Assembly (NCBI GenBank): GCA_035248345.1
Contig: DATFHO010000082.1
Location: 2,410 to 66,409 of the forward strand
DNA length: 64,000 nt
Origin: Candidatus Limnocylindrales bacterium
GTDB lineage: Bacteria; Chloroflexota; Limnocylindria; Limnocylindrales; CSP1-4
Direction: 5' to 3'
Shown: piece by piece, positions 29,692-39,121 of the stretch
Position numbering within the stretch: the first letter of the stretch is position 1
How the letters are laid out: each line of letters begins with the position of its first letter
The notes under the pieces: generated by a model
Databases searched by the model: none
What the model saw: the letters and a program-made list of their open reading frames with translations, nothing else
What the model was told of the DNA's origin: nothing
Program-made: the position numbers and the translations under genes

Positions 29692-30713
29692 GCCCGGCAG
29701 CCGACCGCGGTCGGACGGCCCTCGGCAGCCCGGTGCGGCGCACCGGGCGAGGGCCGCGACTGGTCGAAAAGCTTGCGATCTACGGGTACCGCGCGGGCAC
29801 GTGGCTCATGAGCCGCGTGCCCGTTCGGCTTGCCCGCTGGATCGTGACCATCGGGCTCCAGGCGTCGTTCGTGCTCGTGCCGAGCAAGCGCCGGTACGTC
29901 AACGACAACTTCGCCCACGTGCTGGGCAAGCCGCCGTCGAGCCTGGAGGTCCGGCGGAAGGCGCTCGCCGCCTACCGCTCGTACGCGCGGTACGTCGTGG
30001 AGCTCATGCGACTTCCCCGCCTCACGAACGACGAGGCCGCGGCGCTCGTCGACACCTCGTCGCTCCTGCCCCTGGAGGCGTACTGGAAGCAGAGCGGCAA
30101 GGGCCTCATCCTCACGACCGCCCATATCGGCAACCTCGAGGGCGTCGCCCGCGGCATCGCGCGGCACGGCTGGCCGATCGCGGCGATCGCCGATGACTCG
30201 GCATTCCCCGAGCTGTTCGAGCTCCTGAGCCGCCAGCGCGGCGAATGGGGCGTGAAGATGATCCCGTGGCGGAACCTGCGTGACCTGTTCGGCGTGCTGC
30301 GCCGCAACGAGGTGCTCGCGCTCATCGTCGACTGGGGCTTCAAGCCGGACGACATTCCCGTGCGACTGTTCGGCGAATGGACGACGCTGCCGGCTGGTCC
30401 TGCGGTCCTGGCCGCGAAGTCCGGCGCCTCGCTCGTGCACATCGCGGTGCGCCGCTCTGATGACCGCAAGGGCTTCCAGGTGACGTGGAGCGAGCCGGTG
30501 CTCGTGACCTCCACGGATCCCGCCGAGATCCAGCGGGCCACGCAGGCCGTCGCGGATGCGCTCGAGGCGACGATCGCCGCGGCCCCCGAGCAGTGGTACA
30601 GCTTCAAGCCCCAGTGGCCGCCGACGCCCGCGGACAAGGCTGCGCTTGCCGAGCGCGTGGCGGCGCTCGCTTCCGTGGCGGGGTCCGGTGTCGCCCCGGC
30701 GGCCGCGAGCTGA
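29688..30713 (+). CDS. Lysophospholipid/lipid A-type acyltransferase (LpxL/HtrB/PatA family), copy 1
   Basis: Family-like blocks ([20 protein letters not shown]). The position matches patA in mycobacterial pgsA1-patA-pimA operons. GTGA overlap with ino1. Confidence 0.65.
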   Translation: MSPAADRGRTALGSPVRRTGRGPRLVEKLAIYGYRAGTWLMSRVPVRLARWIVTIGLQASFVLVPSKRRYVNDNFAHVLGKPPSSLEVRRKALAAYRSYARYVVELMRLPRLTNDEAAALVDTSSLLPLEAYWKQSGKGLILTTAHIGNLEGVARGIARHGWPIAAIADDSAFPELFELLSRQRGEWGVKMIPWRNLRDLFGVLRRNEVLALIVDWGFKPDDIPVRLFGEWTTLPAGPAVLAAKSGASLVHIAVRRSDDRKGFQVTWSEPVLVTSTDPAEIQRATQAVADALEATIAAAPEQWYSFKPQWPPTPADKAALAERVAALASVAGSGVAPAAAS

Positions 30714-31720
30714 TGACCGAAGCGATGGCCGATACCGCGCCGGCAAAGGCCGCGCACGTGCCCGCGGATCGCCATGCGTTCAGCGTGCGCGCAGGGCTCA
30801 TCCAGGCCGCGAGCTGGATCGCCTGCCGACTGCCGGAAGGCCCGCTCCTCTCCCTCGCCGACCTCATTGGCCGCGCATGGTTCCAGCTCGCCACCGAGCG
30901 GCGGCGTCGCGCTCGACGCAACCTCACCCGCATCGTCCGCTGGATGGCGGACCACGACCTCGGCTCGGCGGAGGTTCGCGCGGCGGCCATCGACGGCCGC
31001 GCCCTGACCCGGCTCGTCCGCGAGGCGTTCAAGTTCTCCGCGCGCTACTACGTCCAGCTCGCGCGCGCGTCGATCGTCGACCAGGCGTACCTCGATCGAT
31101 GGCTCGACGTGGAGACGCCGGAGGTCCTCGATTCGACGCTCGGCACGCCGGGCGCCCGTCTGTTCGTCGGGCTGCACATGGCGTGGTACGAGCTGCCCGC
31201 GATCATGGCCGCCGAGCGCCGCGGCCAGCCGACGATCGTTCCCTCCGAGACGCTCGGTGATCCCGCGCTGCAGGGGTACATGGTCCGGACGCGCAACCGC
31301 ATGGGCCTCGAGCTCATCGAGCTCTCCGGCGCCAAGCGGCTCCTCAAGCAGGCGCTCCTCGACGGCCGGATCGTCGGCCTCCTCGGCGATCGCGACATCA
31401 CGGGCGGCGGGATCGACACGGAGCTGTTCGGGGCGCCCGCGCCGCTCGCGGTGGGCCCGGCGCTGCTCGCGATGGATACCGGGGTCACGCCGCACGTCTT
31501 CGGTGTGTGGCGGAGTCGCGACGGCGTGTACCACGTGAGCGCGGAGCCGATCCCGATGCCTGCCGAAGGCTCGCGACGCGAGCGTGTCACCGCATACCTC
31601 GCGGCCGAGGCGCGCGCGTTCGAGCAGCACATCGCGCGAGCGCCGGAGCAGTGGCTCGCGATCTTCCACCCGATCTGGCCGGACCTCGAGGCGGATCGCA
31701 CCGCGAAGGCACGCTCATGA
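30713..31720 (+). CDS. Lysophospholipid/lipid A-type acyltransferase (LpxL/HtrB/PatA family), copy 2
   Basis: Paralogous architecture (LFVGLHMAWYE, VGLLGDRD). TGATG overlap with copy 1. Confidence 0.6.
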   Translation: MTEAMADTAPAKAAHVPADRHAFSVRAGLIQAASWIACRLPEGPLLSLADLIGRAWFQLATERRRRARRNLTRIVRWMADHDLGSAEVRAAAIDGRALTRLVREAFKFSARYYVQLARASIVDQAYLDRWLDVETPEVLDSTLGTPGARLFVGLHMAWYELPAIMAAERRGQPTIVPSETLGDPALQGYMVRTRNRMGLELIELSGAKRLLKQALLDGRIVGLLGDRDITGGGIDTELFGAPAPLAVGPALLAMDTGVTPHVFGVWRSRDGVYHVSAEPIPMPAEGSRRERVTAYLAAEARAFEQHIARAPEQWLAIFHPIWPDLEADRTAKARS

Positions 31721-32535
31721 CGGAGCGGCTCGGTCGCGCGGATCTCCACATCCACACGATGGCGTCCGACGGCACCGCAAGCGTCGTCGACATCCTCGAC
31801 CATGTCGAGCGCACGACGCAGCTCGACGTCATCGCGATCACCGATCACGAACGGATTGACGCCGCCCTCGCGGGCCGCGCCATCGCCCGCGATCGCGGCC
31901 TCCGGTTCGAGGTCATCGTCGGCGAGGAGGTCACGACCCTCGGCGGCCACCTGCTCGCGCTGTGGATCGAGGAGCCGATCCGGCCATTCAGGTCCCTCGG
32001 CTCGACGATCGCCGCGGTCCACGACCAGGGTGGCATCGCGATCCCGGCGCACCCGCTCGTGCCGTATCCGCTGTGCGCGCAGGGGTTCCTGCTCCGCCGG
32101 CTCGCGGCCGGCAAGCCGCGCTTCCGACCCGACGCCCTCGAGGCGTTCAACCCGACGACGCTCGGCAAGCCGTGGCACGCGCGCGTGGTCCGGTTCGCCG
32201 ATGAGCTCGGCTTCGCCAAGGTCGGCAACTCGGATTCCCACGCGCTCGACGCGATCGGCTCCGGGTGGACCTCCTTTCCGGGCCGGACGGCGGAGGACCT
32301 GCGCGAGGCGATCCTGGCCGGCACGACCCATCACCACGGCACGTTTCACGCCACGGTGGGCCAGCTCGGCACCTTCGGGCAGCAGCTGCGCAAGTACGGG
32401 CGGGACGCGAAGGCGAATGTCGGCGGCGTGATCCGCCGCGACGGCACGCGGCGCGACCTCGGCTACCCGCCGGAGTACTCGGCGACGGGCGCCGGCTCGC
32501 CCGGATCGGCGGGCTCGCAGGAGGAGCCGCGATGA
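31717..32535 (+). CDS. PHP-domain metal-dependent phosphoesterase
   Basis: Motifs ADLHIHTMASDG, ITDHE, AHP and NSDSH are typical PHP His/Asp metal ligands. ATGA overlaps on both sides. Confidence 0.8.
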   Translation: MTERLGRADLHIHTMASDGTASVVDILDHVERTTQLDVIAITDHERIDAALAGRAIARDRGLRFEVIVGEEVTTLGGHLLALWIEEPIRPFRSLGSTIAAVHDQGGIAIPAHPLVPYPLCAQGFLLRRLAAGKPRFRPDALEAFNPTTLGKPWHARVVRFADELGFAKVGNSDSHALDAIGSGWTSFPGRTAEDLREAILAGTTHHHGTFHATVGQLGTFGQQLRKYGRDAKANVGGVIRRDGTRRDLGYPPEYSATGAGSPGSAGSQEEPR

Positions 32536-33713
32536 AGATCGGGCTCGTCACGCCGTACGTGTACCCGCTCCCGGGCGGCGTGAACCAGCACGTCCGCTAC
32601 CTGTACGAGCACCTGCGCCTGCGCGGCCACGACGTCCGGATCATCTCGACGAAGCACGGCGTCCAGCGCGCGTCGGACGGTGACGTCATCCGGATCGGGC
32701 GCGGCTTCTCGCTGCCGGCCAACGGGTCGGTCGGCACGATCACCGTCTCGCCGCGGTTCCTCTCGCAGGTCCGCGACGTCCTCGAGCGCGAGCAGTTCGA
32801 TCTCCTGCACTTCCACGAGCCGTTCGTGCCGTTCCTGTCGCTCGTCGTGCTCGGCCTGTCGAACAGCGTGAACGTGGCGACGTTCCACGCGTTCGGCGGC
32901 TTCTCGCCCGCATACTCGATCGGGTCGAAGCTCATGGGTCCGTCGGTCAACCGGATCCATGGCCGGATCGCCGTGTCTGCGGCGGCCCGCCACTTCATCG
33001 ACCGCTTCTTCCCCGGCGACTACAAGGTGATCCCGAACGGCGTCGACGTCGGCCGGTTCGACCGCGCGGTCCCGATCGCGCGCTGGCAGGACGGCACGAA
33101 GAACATCCTCTTCGTCGGTCGCTTTGAGCCACGCAAGGGCCTCCTCGACCTCCTGAAGGCGTACCGAATCCTGCGCAAGACCGGCTGCCAGTGCCGGCTC
33201 CTCGTGGTCGGCGGCGGTCCGCAGGAGAAGGAGATGCGCAGGTACCTCATGACCCGCAAGCTCGGCGGCGTCGAGTTCCTGGGCCGGGTCAGCGACGACG
33301 AGCGCGATGCGCTGTTCAAGACCGCGGACATCTACTGCTCGCCCGCGACGGGGCGCGAGAGCTTCGGCATCGTGCTGCTCGAGGCGATGGCCGCGGGGAC
33401 AGCGATCGTCGCGAGCGACATCCACGGCTACAAGGGCGTGGTCCGGCGAGGCCGCGAAGGCCTGCTCGTCCCGCCGGGCAAGCCGAAGGCGATCGCGGGC
33501 GCGCTGGCGCACCTGCTCGGCGACGACGAGCTGCGGGAGCGGATGGCCGCGTCGGGTCTCGAGCGCGCCCAGGAGTTCAGCTGGGAGCGCGTGACCCAGA
33601 AGGTCGAGGACTACTACGGGTTCGTGATCCGGCGCCTCGCCGCCCAGGGGCAGCTGCCCGAGGGCTTCCACGCCGAGGTGCCGCCCTCACCGCGAGTGCC
33701 GACGCCCGTCTAG
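32532..33713 (+). CDS. pimA: GT4 glycosyltransferase, PimA-like (phosphatidylinositol mannosyltransferase candidate)
   Basis: MKIGLVTPYVYPLPGGVNQHV N-terminus and an EX7E region (RESFGIVLLEAMAAG). Operon context with pgsA/patA. Confidence 0.7.
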   Translation: MKIGLVTPYVYPLPGGVNQHVRYLYEHLRLRGHDVRIISTKHGVQRASDGDVIRIGRGFSLPANGSVGTITVSPRFLSQVRDVLEREQFDLLHFHEPFVPFLSLVVLGLSNSVNVATFHAFGGFSPAYSIGSKLMGPSVNRIHGRIAVSAAARHFIDRFFPGDYKVIPNGVDVGRFDRAVPIARWQDGTKNILFVGRFEPRKGLLDLLKAYRILRKTGCQCRLLVVGGGPQEKEMRRYLMTRKLGGVEFLGRVSDDERDALFKTADIYCSPATGRESFGIVLLEAMAAGTAIVASDIHGYKGVVRRGREGLLVPPGKPKAIAGALAHLLGDDELRERMAASGLERAQEFSWERVTQKVEDYYGFVIRRLAAQGQLPEGFHAEVPPSPRVPTPV

Positions 33714-33734
33714 GCCGGCCGTCGTGGCGTCCGG

Positions 33735-36700
33735 TCAGGCCGGCGCGCCGCCCGCCACGTCCGCGTCGTCCGCAACGTTCGATGCCGCAAGCAGGTCGCG
33801 GCGCCGCTCCGCGAGCGCGATGCGCCACGACCACGCGCTGTACGCAATCACGATGCACGTGAAGGTCAGCACCGCGAGCACGACAGCGGGCCAGAACGCC
33901 AGCAACGGCGGCGCAGCCGCACGCTCGTCCGTGTTCACCCAGAACTGGAATGGATACAGGTAGGTCGGCAGGAAGCCCTGGTAGGCGTTGTGGAGCGCGG
34001 CCGGCAGCGGCAGCCCCGAGATGTTCGGGTACCAGAGCACGAACCAGAACGCCATCGCCACCAGCGCGCCAAGGACGAACCGGCGTGCGTCCCGTGCCGT
34101 GGCGACATATGCCGCCACCGGCGACAGGGCCAGCAGGACGAACAGGGCGATCGGCTCGACCGGGATGCCCTCCAGCTTGAGCCCGTCGGTGTCCTTCAGG
34201 ACGCTCGTCACGACGATGAACACAACCGAGGTGACGATCGCGATCACCGCTGCGGTCGCCCAGCGACTGCCGAGCCCGATCCGCGCCAGCGCGGCGCGCC
34301 AGCCGCCGCTCGCCCGCTCGGCCGCGAGGCGCTCGGCGTCATCGTCGTCGGTCGCGGCCAGGAGCTCACGGAGCAGGAGCAGCACGCCGATGCCGACGAT
34401 CACCGCGATCGCAATCGCGCGTGGGGTGATCGTCACATCCGGGATCAGGGTCGGGCAGGCCTGCGAGTCCTTGACCATGTCCTCGACGCGAGCGATCCCG
34501 CACAGTGGCCGGTGGAAGAGCCAGAGCAGGAACGGCCCGAGGACCGCCAGGCCCGCGGCGACGCGCGCCAGGAGCCAGATGCGGCGCGAGGATCCGTGCC
34601 ACAGCTCGGCGAGGAAATAGGCGAGAGCGAGGAAGAGGAACGGCAGGGCGGTGTAGTAGTGGTACTGGAACGCCGCGCGGTCGATGCGGGCCCAGGACAG
34701 CCACTGCACGAAGAACCCGATCGCGATCAGGGCGAGCGCTGCGCTGCGCCGCCGGAACGCCTGCCAGCACACGAACGCCATCGCCGGAACGGCCAGCCAC
34801 CACGCGACGAGGTTGCCGGCGTCGTAGATCGAGGCTGACGTCGCGCCCGCGAAGCCCTCCTCGTAGAACCACACCGGCTTCAGGTCGAGCGCCCACGCCC
34901 ACCACGGCGAGGCTGCCGCGTGGGGCGAGTGCAGGTTGTTGTGGTAGTCGTACATGCCCTGGGTGAGCTCGGCGAGCGTCTGCCCGGTGTGGCCCGGCGG
35001 CCAGTTGTCGAAGATCCGATGGTTCTCGACCAGCGCCCACGGGATGTACGACACGATGTACAGCGCCAGCGGGATCACGAGCAGCCCGACGAACAGCCAG
35101 ATGGCAGGCAGCCCGAACCCGGTGCCGAGGCGGAGCCAGCCGACGGGCGCCTCCGAGGGCGGCTCGAGCACCGCCACCGGGTCGTCCGGTGCGGGCGCGG
35201 CGGCCATCGGGCCGAACCCGAGCCGGCCGAAGAACAGGAACGCCACGTACACGACGGCCGCGCCGAGGAGCGCGAGCATCCCGAGCTCGATCGGCGTGGC
35301 CGAGATCGGCCCGAGCTTCATCGCGGTGGTGGCGGTGCCTCTCGCGATCCCGTACAGGACGATGAGGATGCCGGCGGCGGCGGGCGCCCCGACCGCAAAC
35401 CACTGCTCCTCGATCGTCCACGCGACCGGGTGGATGATGTTCGCGAGGACCGCGATGACGACGACCGCGAACATGATCGTGATGAACACGTAGTTGCCGC
35501 CGGTGGTCGCGTCCGGCCCGACCGAGATGGCGACCCAGCCGAGCGCGGTCGTCAGCACCAGCAGGCCCGCGATGAGGATCAGCCGCCCGAGCGCGCTCCG
35601 GGTCAGGCTCAGGATTCCGAGCCCACCGATGGCGAATGCGGCGACCCACTTCGAGGCCAGCGCGAAGCCGAGGAAGGCACCCATGATCGGCACGCCGATC
35701 GCATAGGCGATCCAGTGCCGTCGGCTGTTGCCGGGATGGAGCCACAGCGCCGCGAAGATCGTGTACGCCGCGACGATCCCCAGCCCGACGTACGAGTCGT
35801 TCATCCCGATGCGGCTCTGGGCGAACAGCATCCCGTCGAGGAACACGACCACCCCGAGGATGACTGCGACGGCGCGGCGCCGGAACAGCAGCCGCGCGAG
35901 CACGTACAGGAACAGCGCCATCAGGACGCCGGCGACCACGCCCGGGACGCGCCACGCGTACGCGTGCCGGCCGATCTGGACCGCGGCGACATGCCCGCCC
36001 GGATCGAACGCGAGGAGCTGCTCGCGGTCCGTCGACGGGTAATCCTGGTTCTCGTCCATCACGATCGCCGCCGGCACGTACGGCAGCTGCGCATCGGCGT
36101 ACACGGAGTTCGCGTGGGGCTCGATGACGTAGATGGTGTCGGCGCCGTTGTCCGGGCCGCCCTGGACCGAGCCTTCGATGTGGACCATCCGGCTCGACAG
36201 GTCGAAGAACGCCCGGCCGGCGCGCTCGCCCGGCAGCGTGAACGTCTGGTCGATGCGCGGGCCTTCGCCGCGCTTGGCGATCACCGTGACCACATCCGGG
36301 CCATCCGGCGACTGCACCGTGGCGTAGATCGGGTCGTCCTGGATGTCGTTGATGCCGACGACGCCACCGACCGGGCCGCCGACGTCGAGCGTCGACGAGA
36401 CGATCCCGGAGTCCCGGTCGATGAACGCCACACCGTTCGCCGTGCCGACCGCGATCCGGTCGTCACTGACGCCCTGGGTCAGCTGCGTGACGCCGCTCAA
36501 CCGGGGGCGCGAGATCTCCGTCGCAGCGCCGGCGTCGATGACGACGAGCTGGCTCGCGTTCGGGTCGGGCGTGGAACCGTCGGTCGTCGTATCACCGGGC
36601 TCCAGCACGGCAACGAGACGATCGCCGTCCCGATTGACGTACAGCTTCTGGATCGGGCCGCCGACGTTCATGAACGCGCGGGAATCGACGTCGACGGGCG

Positions 36701-39110
36701 GCCCGCGGATGCCGTCGAGGGCTCCGACATCGATCGCCCGGATCTCGCCCGAACGCGTGCCGACGTACAGGACGCGGCCGCCCTTGTCGTATGCGAGCGC
36801 CACCGCATCCGGCAGCGCGAGCTCCGCGGCGAGGTCCCGCGTGGCGAGGTTGTAGGCGCGGACCTCGCTGCCCGTCACCACCCACAGGCGGTCGCCGTCG
36901 ACGGTCCCGTTGACCGCGCCGCCGGAGTCGTCCCGGCGCGGCTCGATGGCGGCGTCCAGCACCGCCACGCCGAGCTGGCTCTCCCCGACGACGCGATCCT
37001 CGCCGAGAGCCATCAACCCGACCGCCATCGCGTACTTGGCCATGTGCGGGTGCGTCCACTCGTAGATGTATTTGCTGAGGCCGTACTTCCAGTCCTGGAG
37101 GAACTCGGTCGCGGTTCGCGGGTGGTAGACCTCGTCGAAGTGCATCTGGTACGGCTCGTCGAGCCGCCACATGCGCACCGTGAACAGGCTGACGGCCAGG
37201 ACGGCGAGCATCCACACGTCGAGCTTGTCGAGCCGGCCGCCACGCTCCTTCTCCAGCTCAGCGCTTCGGTCGGCGCGGGTGGGCTCGTCGTTCATGCGCG
37301 CCTTGAGCCAGCCCAGCGGCCCGAGCGTGCCCGCATCCCGTTCCGAGTCCCACTCCGGGACGGCGTACGAGGCGGCGACGGCGCCACCGGCCACGGACGG
37401 GCGCGCGAGGCCGTCGGCCCAGCCCGGGAGCCTTCGGCCCTGGGGTGGGCCCGACCAGCCGACCGGCGCGTCTCCCCGCTCGGCGCCGAGATCGAGGTCG
37501 GCTTCGTCGCCTTCGTCGCCGCCGAGCCAGCCCGCGAGGTTGTCGCGCTCGTCGCGTGGCCGCCCGGCCGTCGCGACGTCTTCGGCGACGCCCTCGACTG
37601 CCTCCTCGCGCAGCTGGAAGAACGCCCAGACCAGCACGAGGACCTGGGTGACAGCTGCGACTGCGACCCCCCATGTCGATGCGAACAGGTCGCCCGTCCC
37701 CAGCCAGTCGGCGATGTTCGGATTGCAGCTGTTCGGATCGGCGCCCGGCGAGCCACAGCCGATGTAGTAGGTCGTGAGAACGACATACATGTTCGCGAAC
37801 ATCGCCGCGGCCGAGAGGAGGTAGGCGATGCGCCAGCGCAGCGAGACGGCCGCGAGCACCGCCGCGATCCCGAAGAACGGGAACAGGTAGCGCTCGTGGA
37901 CGCGCGTCGGCAGCACGAAGAACGCCATGGCGAGGACCGCGAGCCCGATGAGCATCGTGATCCGATCCGGGCGCCGCGCGACGAGCCACAGGACCAGGAC
38001 GGCCGCGATCAGGAAGAGGGCGGCACCGACGATCGACGCCGGGAACGCCCCGATCGTGATCCCCGGGTCGCACGTCTGCGTGCTTGCCGGCCAGCTCGCG
38101 AGGACCCAGTCGCCTATCCGGAACTGGCCTGCCGGCATCGGCCCGATCGTGGAGTCGCAGATCCACGTCTTCGTGAGCGCGAGGCTCTGGTCGACCCCGT
38201 CGCTCACGCGCGTGAGCAGGGCCCACGGGTTGAACGCGTTCACGGTGATGTACGGGTAGCCGGCCGCAGTCTTGAAGATCTGGGCGATCAGGCCGGGCAG
38301 GCTGAGCCCGAACGGCAGTGACACGGCGATCGCCGTGAGGAAGCCGGCGGCGCCCGTCGACAGGATCCGGATGGGACCGCGGACGTTGCGCTCCCATGGC
38401 GTCGTCGTCGCTCGCGGCTCGGGTGCCTCCTCGAGGCCGAATCCGCCCTTCGGCCACAGCGCGCGGCGGATGACCACGATCGCGACGATCGGGATGAGGA
38501 TGCCGAGCTGGGGCTTGATGAGGGCGGCGACGGTCGCGAGGATCGCCGCGCGCTCCGGTCGATCGCGCCACAGCTCGCGCAACGCCAGGACCAGCACGAC
38601 GACACCAACGGAGTCGACCTGGCCCCACACCACGCTGTCGAACCAGGTGATCGGGTTGAAGATGACGAGCGCGGCGCCGACGCGGGCGGCCCGCTCGCTG
38701 CCGCCGAGCTCCCGGACCATCGACCACACGAGGTAGCCGATCGCGAGGTCGGCGAGGATCGGCGGGACCTTGATCAGGTCACCGACGCCGCCGAGGAGGT
38801 TCCCGATGCCGCCGACGATCCACAGGACATACAGGTACCCGGGCGTGTAGTCGTGGAAGAAATCCCGGTCGTAGAACCCGGCCAGCCCGTTGTCCGCCAG
38901 GTTGCTCGCCCAGAACTGGAACGCGCCGAGATCGTTCCTGAAGCCGGATCCGGGGATCAGGTATGCGATGATGAGCCGGAGGATGAGGCCCACGACCAGC
39001 AGGACGAGGATGCCGCTCGCGGCGCCCGCGAACCCGGTCCGTGCCGGCGCCGCCCTCACCGGGTCGGGCTCACCGATTGCGGGACCAGTCAAGTCGGGAT
39101 CGATCTCCAA
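33735..39110 (-). CDS. Giant (1791 aa) polytopic protein: N-terminal GT-C module, acidic linker, then a PMT/GT39-like mannosyltransferase module interrupted by a beta-propeller-like insert
   Basis: Residues ~25-500 form a multi-TM module with the first-loop motif FYDRDFFHDYTPGYLY (ALG6/8- or PimE-like by eye). Residues ~500-625 are a D/E/G-rich linker. From residue ~626 the sequence is PMT-like (MHFDEVYHPRTATEF, THPHMAKY, later SPHAAASPWWAWALDLKPVWFY). A ~340-aa soluble repeat-rich insert spans residues ~705-1045 (nt 35976-36998). The start is uncertain: TTG 39110, or GTG 39059. Confidence 0.7.
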   Translation of the reverse strand: MEIDPDLTGPAIGEPDPVRAAPARTGFAGAASGILVLLVVGLILRLIIAYLIPGSGFRNDLGAFQFWASNLADNGLAGFYDRDFFHDYTPGYLYVLWIVGGIGNLLGGVGDLIKVPPILADLAIGYLVWSMVRELGGSERAARVGAALVIFNPITWFDSVVWGQVDSVGVVVLVLALRELWRDRPERAAILATVAALIKPQLGILIPIVAIVVIRRALWPKGGFGLEEAPEPRATTTPWERNVRGPIRILSTGAAGFLTAIAVSLPFGLSLPGLIAQIFKTAAGYPYITVNAFNPWALLTRVSDGVDQSLALTKTWICDSTIGPMPAGQFRIGDWVLASWPASTQTCDPGITIGAFPASIVGAALFLIAAVLVLWLVARRPDRITMLIGLAVLAMAFFVLPTRVHERYLFPFFGIAAVLAAVSLRWRIAYLLSAAAMFANMYVVLTTYYIGCGSPGADPNSCNPNIADWLGTGDLFASTWGVAVAAVTQVLVLVWAFFQLREEAVEGVAEDVATAGRPRDERDNLAGWLGGDEGDEADLDLGAERGDAPVGWSGPPQGRRLPGWADGLARPSVAGGAVAASYAVPEWDSERDAGTLGPLGWLKARMNDEPTRADRSAELEKERGGRLDKLDVWMLAVLAVSLFTVRMWRLDEPYQMHFDEVYHPRTATEFLQDWKYGLSKYIYEWTHPHMAKYAMAVGLMALGEDRVVGESQLGVAVLDAAIEPRRDDSGGAVNGTVDGDRLWVVTGSEVRAYNLATRDLAAELALPDAVALAYDKGGRVLYVGTRSGEIRAIDVGALDGIRGPPVDVDSRAFMNVGGPIQKLYVNRDGDRLVAVLEPGDTTTDGSTPDPNASQLVVIDAGAATEISRPRLSGVTQLTQGVSDDRIAVGTANGVAFIDRDSGIVSSTLDVGGPVGGVVGINDIQDDPIYATVQSPDGPDVVTVIAKRGEGPRIDQTFTLPGERAGRAFFDLSSRMVHIEGSVQGGPDNGADTIYVIEPHANSVYADAQLPYVPAAIVMDENQDYPSTDREQLLAFDPGGHVAAVQIGRHAYAWRVPGVVAGVLMALFLYVLARLLFRRRAVAVILGVVVFLDGMLFAQSRIGMNDSYVGLGIVAAYTIFAALWLHPGNSRRHWIAYAIGVPIMGAFLGFALASKWVAAFAIGGLGILSLTRSALGRLILIAGLLVLTTALGWVAISVGPDATTGGNYVFITIMFAVVVIAVLANIIHPVAWTIEEQWFAVGAPAAAGILIVLYGIARGTATTAMKLGPISATPIELGMLALLGAAVVYVAFLFFGRLGFGPMAAAPAPDDPVAVLEPPSEAPVGWLRLGTGFGLPAIWLFVGLLVIPLALYIVSYIPWALVENHRIFDNWPPGHTGQTLAELTQGMYDYHNNLHSPHAAASPWWAWALDLKPVWFYEEGFAGATSASIYDAGNLVAWWLAVPAMAFVCWQAFRRRSAALALIAIGFFVQWLSWARIDRAAFQYHYYTALPFLFLALAYFLAELWHGSSRRIWLLARVAAGLAVLGPFLLWLFHRPLCGIARVEDMVKDSQACPTLIPDVTITPRAIAIAVIVGIGVLLLLRELLAATDDDDAERLAAERASGGWRAALARIGLGSRWATAAVIAIVTSVVFIVVTSVLKDTDGLKLEGIPVEPIALFVLLALSPVAAYVATARDARRFVLGALVAMAFWFVLWYPNISGLPLPAALHNAYQGFLPTYLYPFQFWVNTDERAAAPPLLAFWPAVVLAVLTFTCIVIAYSAWSWRIALAERRRDLLAASNVADDADVAGGAPA

Positions 39111-39121
39111 CGAGCGATGAG

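Noticed and set aside
39041-39121. Track start (39041) of the ArnT-like gene
   Set aside because: It would overlap the 5-prime end of the divergent giant gene by 70 nt. GTG 39122 gives a sensible N-terminus, though the true starts of both genes remain uncertain.
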